Both the position numbers and the translations under genes were made by a program. Below, one piece after another: positions 62,100 through 64,000 of a DNA stretch of 64,000 nucleotides; position 1 is the first letter of the stretch; each line of letters opens with the position of its first letter. The notes beneath the pieces were generated by a model. That model was not told where the DNA came from, searched no databases, and worked only from the letters and a program-made list of their open reading frames with translations. This DNA is from Clostridia bacterium. Lineage in GTDB: Bacteria; Bacillota; Clostridia; Oscillospirales; QAKW01. Location of the stretch: contig JAFSHF010000031.1 in the NCBI GenBank assembly GCA_017440465.1, positions 6,064 through 70,063 on the forward strand, in the 5' to 3' direction.

Positions 62100-64000
62100 A
62101 TGAGCAAAGCGACCCAAATAAAACTGAATATCGGGCGCATTCTGCTTTGGTTTTGGGCAGGGCTGCTCTGCATCGGGCTGGGCATCGGCGTTTTTTACCG
62201 GGGGATGTTGCCTGCGGTGGCGCTGGAGCAGGAGCTGCGGTGCGGCATCGCGGAGCACGTACATACCGACGAATGTTATCAAGGCGATTTTCTGCAATGC
62301 GAAAAGACCGCCCATTCCCATAATGAGAACTGCTATATCGTTCTGCTGGAAGATAATAATATCGATGGCGTTTTCGGGATGATGGAAGAAGGGCAATCGC
62401 TGGAGGGTGTTATCGACAGCACCGTTTCCGGCGCATTGATCTTTAACGAAGATCTCAATGCTCCCACCGCCGAGGGCGGAATGGAGCAGCAAACGGTGGC
62501 GGCGCTCAATGCGACCATCGCCGAAGAAGAAACGCTGCCGGATATCGTTCTCAACGAAGAGTTGAACAATCTTTCCACAGTGCAACAAGAGCAGCCGCAG
62601 ACGGAAGGATTTATCGAGCTGGAGCAAAGCAATCCGCTTCTTAGCGGCAGCGCTTCTACCTATGCGGTGGGGAGCGAGCCGGATACCACCGCGAATAAAG
62701 CAAACATTTATGTTTATATCGACGGCTCCTGGCAATGCATCGGCACCCTGCCTTTTACAACGAGCAGCAGCTCCAGCGGAACCAATAATCGCTACGATGG
62801 ATATGTGCAGACAGCGGACCTATTGCAGATGGTCAATCAATCGTTGGGCACTTCGTATACCGCAGGTAACTTCGGCATTGTTTCCTCCACATCCCGAACC
62901 ACCGGCTATTCCGGATCATCGCTGAATATCGGAGCAACCACCGCCCGAATCTTCTATAACGCGCGCTCCAATGCGCGCACCAGCACCCGCTATGTCCGGC
63001 TGGTTCCCGCCGGCTATACCTCGTCCACAACGTCCTTTGGCTTTTATAGCGTAACGCTGGAATACCCCGAAGGATATGTCGATACCCATTATGTTCGGAC
63101 AAACAGCACCTTTACCTTCCCTGCGGAAAATTATGAATGGTCCAATGCCGCAGGCACCCAAACCTATCAGGCAGGGGAGAGCGTTACGGTCCGAAGCAAA
63201 TCCACCTACTACGGTACTAAGCTGGGTCCCATTACCGAGGTGACGGTGCACTACGATGTCAACTTCCCCACATTGAATTCTGCGACGGTTTCGACCAAGC
63301 CTACCTTGGCAGGAACAGCGGTTACCACCCTTTCTGATCTTTATAGTGAAGGCGCATCCGCAACGCTTCATAATATTTCGCAGCAAACGGTTGCGGGCCA
63401 GGTGAACAACAACAATACCGGCCTTTCCCGCGTGGCGCAGTTTAAGGGCTGGCGGATCGAAGGAACGGATATCATCCTTGCCGCCAATACCACGCTGGTC
63501 TGGGAAGAATTGTTGCAATATCAGACCAAAGGAACGATTTCGCTGGAAGGCGTTTGGGACCACGGCGAAAAGGTTACCGCCTCCTTCTTTGTTCGATTCG
63601 ATTCGGTGGCGGTGGATTCCGGCGGCAATGTTACCGGGCAGGATTCGAATAAATATACCAAAGAAATATTCGTTACCTATGTGGGCGGGATCGATACCAC
63701 CCAGAGCGTTTCCGCTCTGCATACGATGCATTATATCGACGGTGAATCGGCGGAGAACTCTTATGCTGTCGATAAAGAGATCCGCAACCTTTATGGCGGC
63801 GTTGGCAGAAACGGTGCCTGGCTGGCCGGCTTCCCCGGTGATGAATTTGTCTTTCAGGAATTGGTGCAATATGCCGAGACCGGCTATCTTTCGGTGGAAG
63901 GGGAGCCGGTGGCGGTGGAGCGGCTGAACGCGCAAAACTATGCGATCCGCTGGTATGTCTTCAAGGCGCAGGACGATGCCTGGCATATCGATGGCAGGCT
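62100..64000 (+). CDS. Large membrane-anchored surface protein, N-terminal 633 codons (3' end beyond the window); absent from the ORF track
   Basis: Hand translation finds no in-frame stop from the ATG at 62100 to the window end. N-terminal TM is ILLWFWAGLLCIGLGIGVF. The ATG lies 1 nt after the upstream stop. The long antisense ORFs 62085..62735 and 62916..63986 look like its shadows. Confidence 0.65.
   Translation, partial: MSKATQIKLNIGRILLWFWAGLLCIGLGIGVFYRGMLPAVALEQELRCGIAEHVHTDECYQGDFLQCEKTAHSHNENCYIVLLEDNNIDGVFGMMEEGQSLEGVIDSTVSGALIFNEDLNAPTAEGGMEQQTVAALNATIAEEETLPDIVLNEELNNLSTVQQEQPQTEGFIELEQSNPLLSGSASTYAVGSEPDTTANKANIYVYIDGSWQCIGTLPFTTSSSSSGTNNRYDGYVQTADLLQMVNQSLGTSYTAGNFGIVSSTSRTTGYSGSSLNIGATTARIFYNARSNARTSTRYVRLVPAGYTSSTTSFGFYSVTLEYPEGYVDTHYVRTNSTFTFPAENYEWSNAAGTQTYQAGESVTVRSKSTYYGTKLGPITEVTVHYDVNFPTLNSATVSTKPTLAGTAVTTLSDLYSEGASATLHNISQQTVAGQVNNNNTGLSRVAQFKGWRIEGTDIILAANTTLVWEELLQYQTKGTISLEGVWDHGEKVTASFFVRFDSVAVDSGGNVTGQDSNKYTKEIFVTYVGGIDTTQSVSALHTMHYIDGESAENSYAVDKEIRNLYGGVGRNGAWLAGFPGDEFVFQELVQYAETGYLSVEGEPVAVERLNAQNYAIRWYVFKAQDDAWHIDGR

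Noticed and set aside
62916-63986. 356-aa and 216-aa minus-strand ORFs (62916..63986 and 62085..62735) at the right edge
   Set aside because: They lie antisense to the long open sense frame starting at 62100 and have low-complexity Gly/Arg/Ile composition, so I treated them as shadows.

Overview
Origin-proximal chromosomal segment of an endospore-forming Bacillota (Clostridia-type) bacterium. The left edge carries dnaN-yaaA-recF-remB-gyrB-gyrA. Further right lie an alpha/beta SASP, spoIVB, recG, recA-recX-rimO-pgsA, proS and an ECF sigma/anti-sigma pair. I support about 57 protein genes, including one that is not in the ORF track (62100 to the window end). I also support one tRNA-Ser(UGA), a cobalamin riboswitch, a THF riboswitch, several promoters and terminators, one frameshifted gene, and a ~2.2 kb AT-rich islet with a VbhA/Fic toxin-antitoxin pair inserted at the 3' end of spoIVB. 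I saw no rRNA, CRISPR array, transposase, integrase, reverse transcriptase or recognisable defence enzyme. The most unusual content is non-coding. Almost every long intergenic gap is filled by families of short structured repeats. (i) Three arrays hold roughly 40 CAAWTGAWTTG-centred palindromes in total. (ii) Two foldback arrays are built from GTGAAGTT / AACTTCAC motifs alternating with mini-hairpins. (iii) One array is built from ATGATGT plus mini-hairpin units. (iv) One hairpin family has a conserved 22-nt loop and stems that co-vary between copies. (v) There are foldback elements with a conserved structured core and copy-specific perfect terminal inverted repeats; one sits inside another repeat and one lies between a stop codon and the next start codon. 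(vi) A two-hairpin plus terminator module is shared downstream of two unrelated genes. The repeated pattern of conserved motif, variable but complementary arms, and placement directly against stop codons is the strongest candidate for something undescribed, but I cannot assign it a mechanism from sequence alone. On the protein side, the most notable item is a signal-peptidase-I homologue lacking both catalytic residues, coupled to a large membrane-anchored Cys/His-motif protein. All coordinates and counts were derived by eye; no database search was possible.
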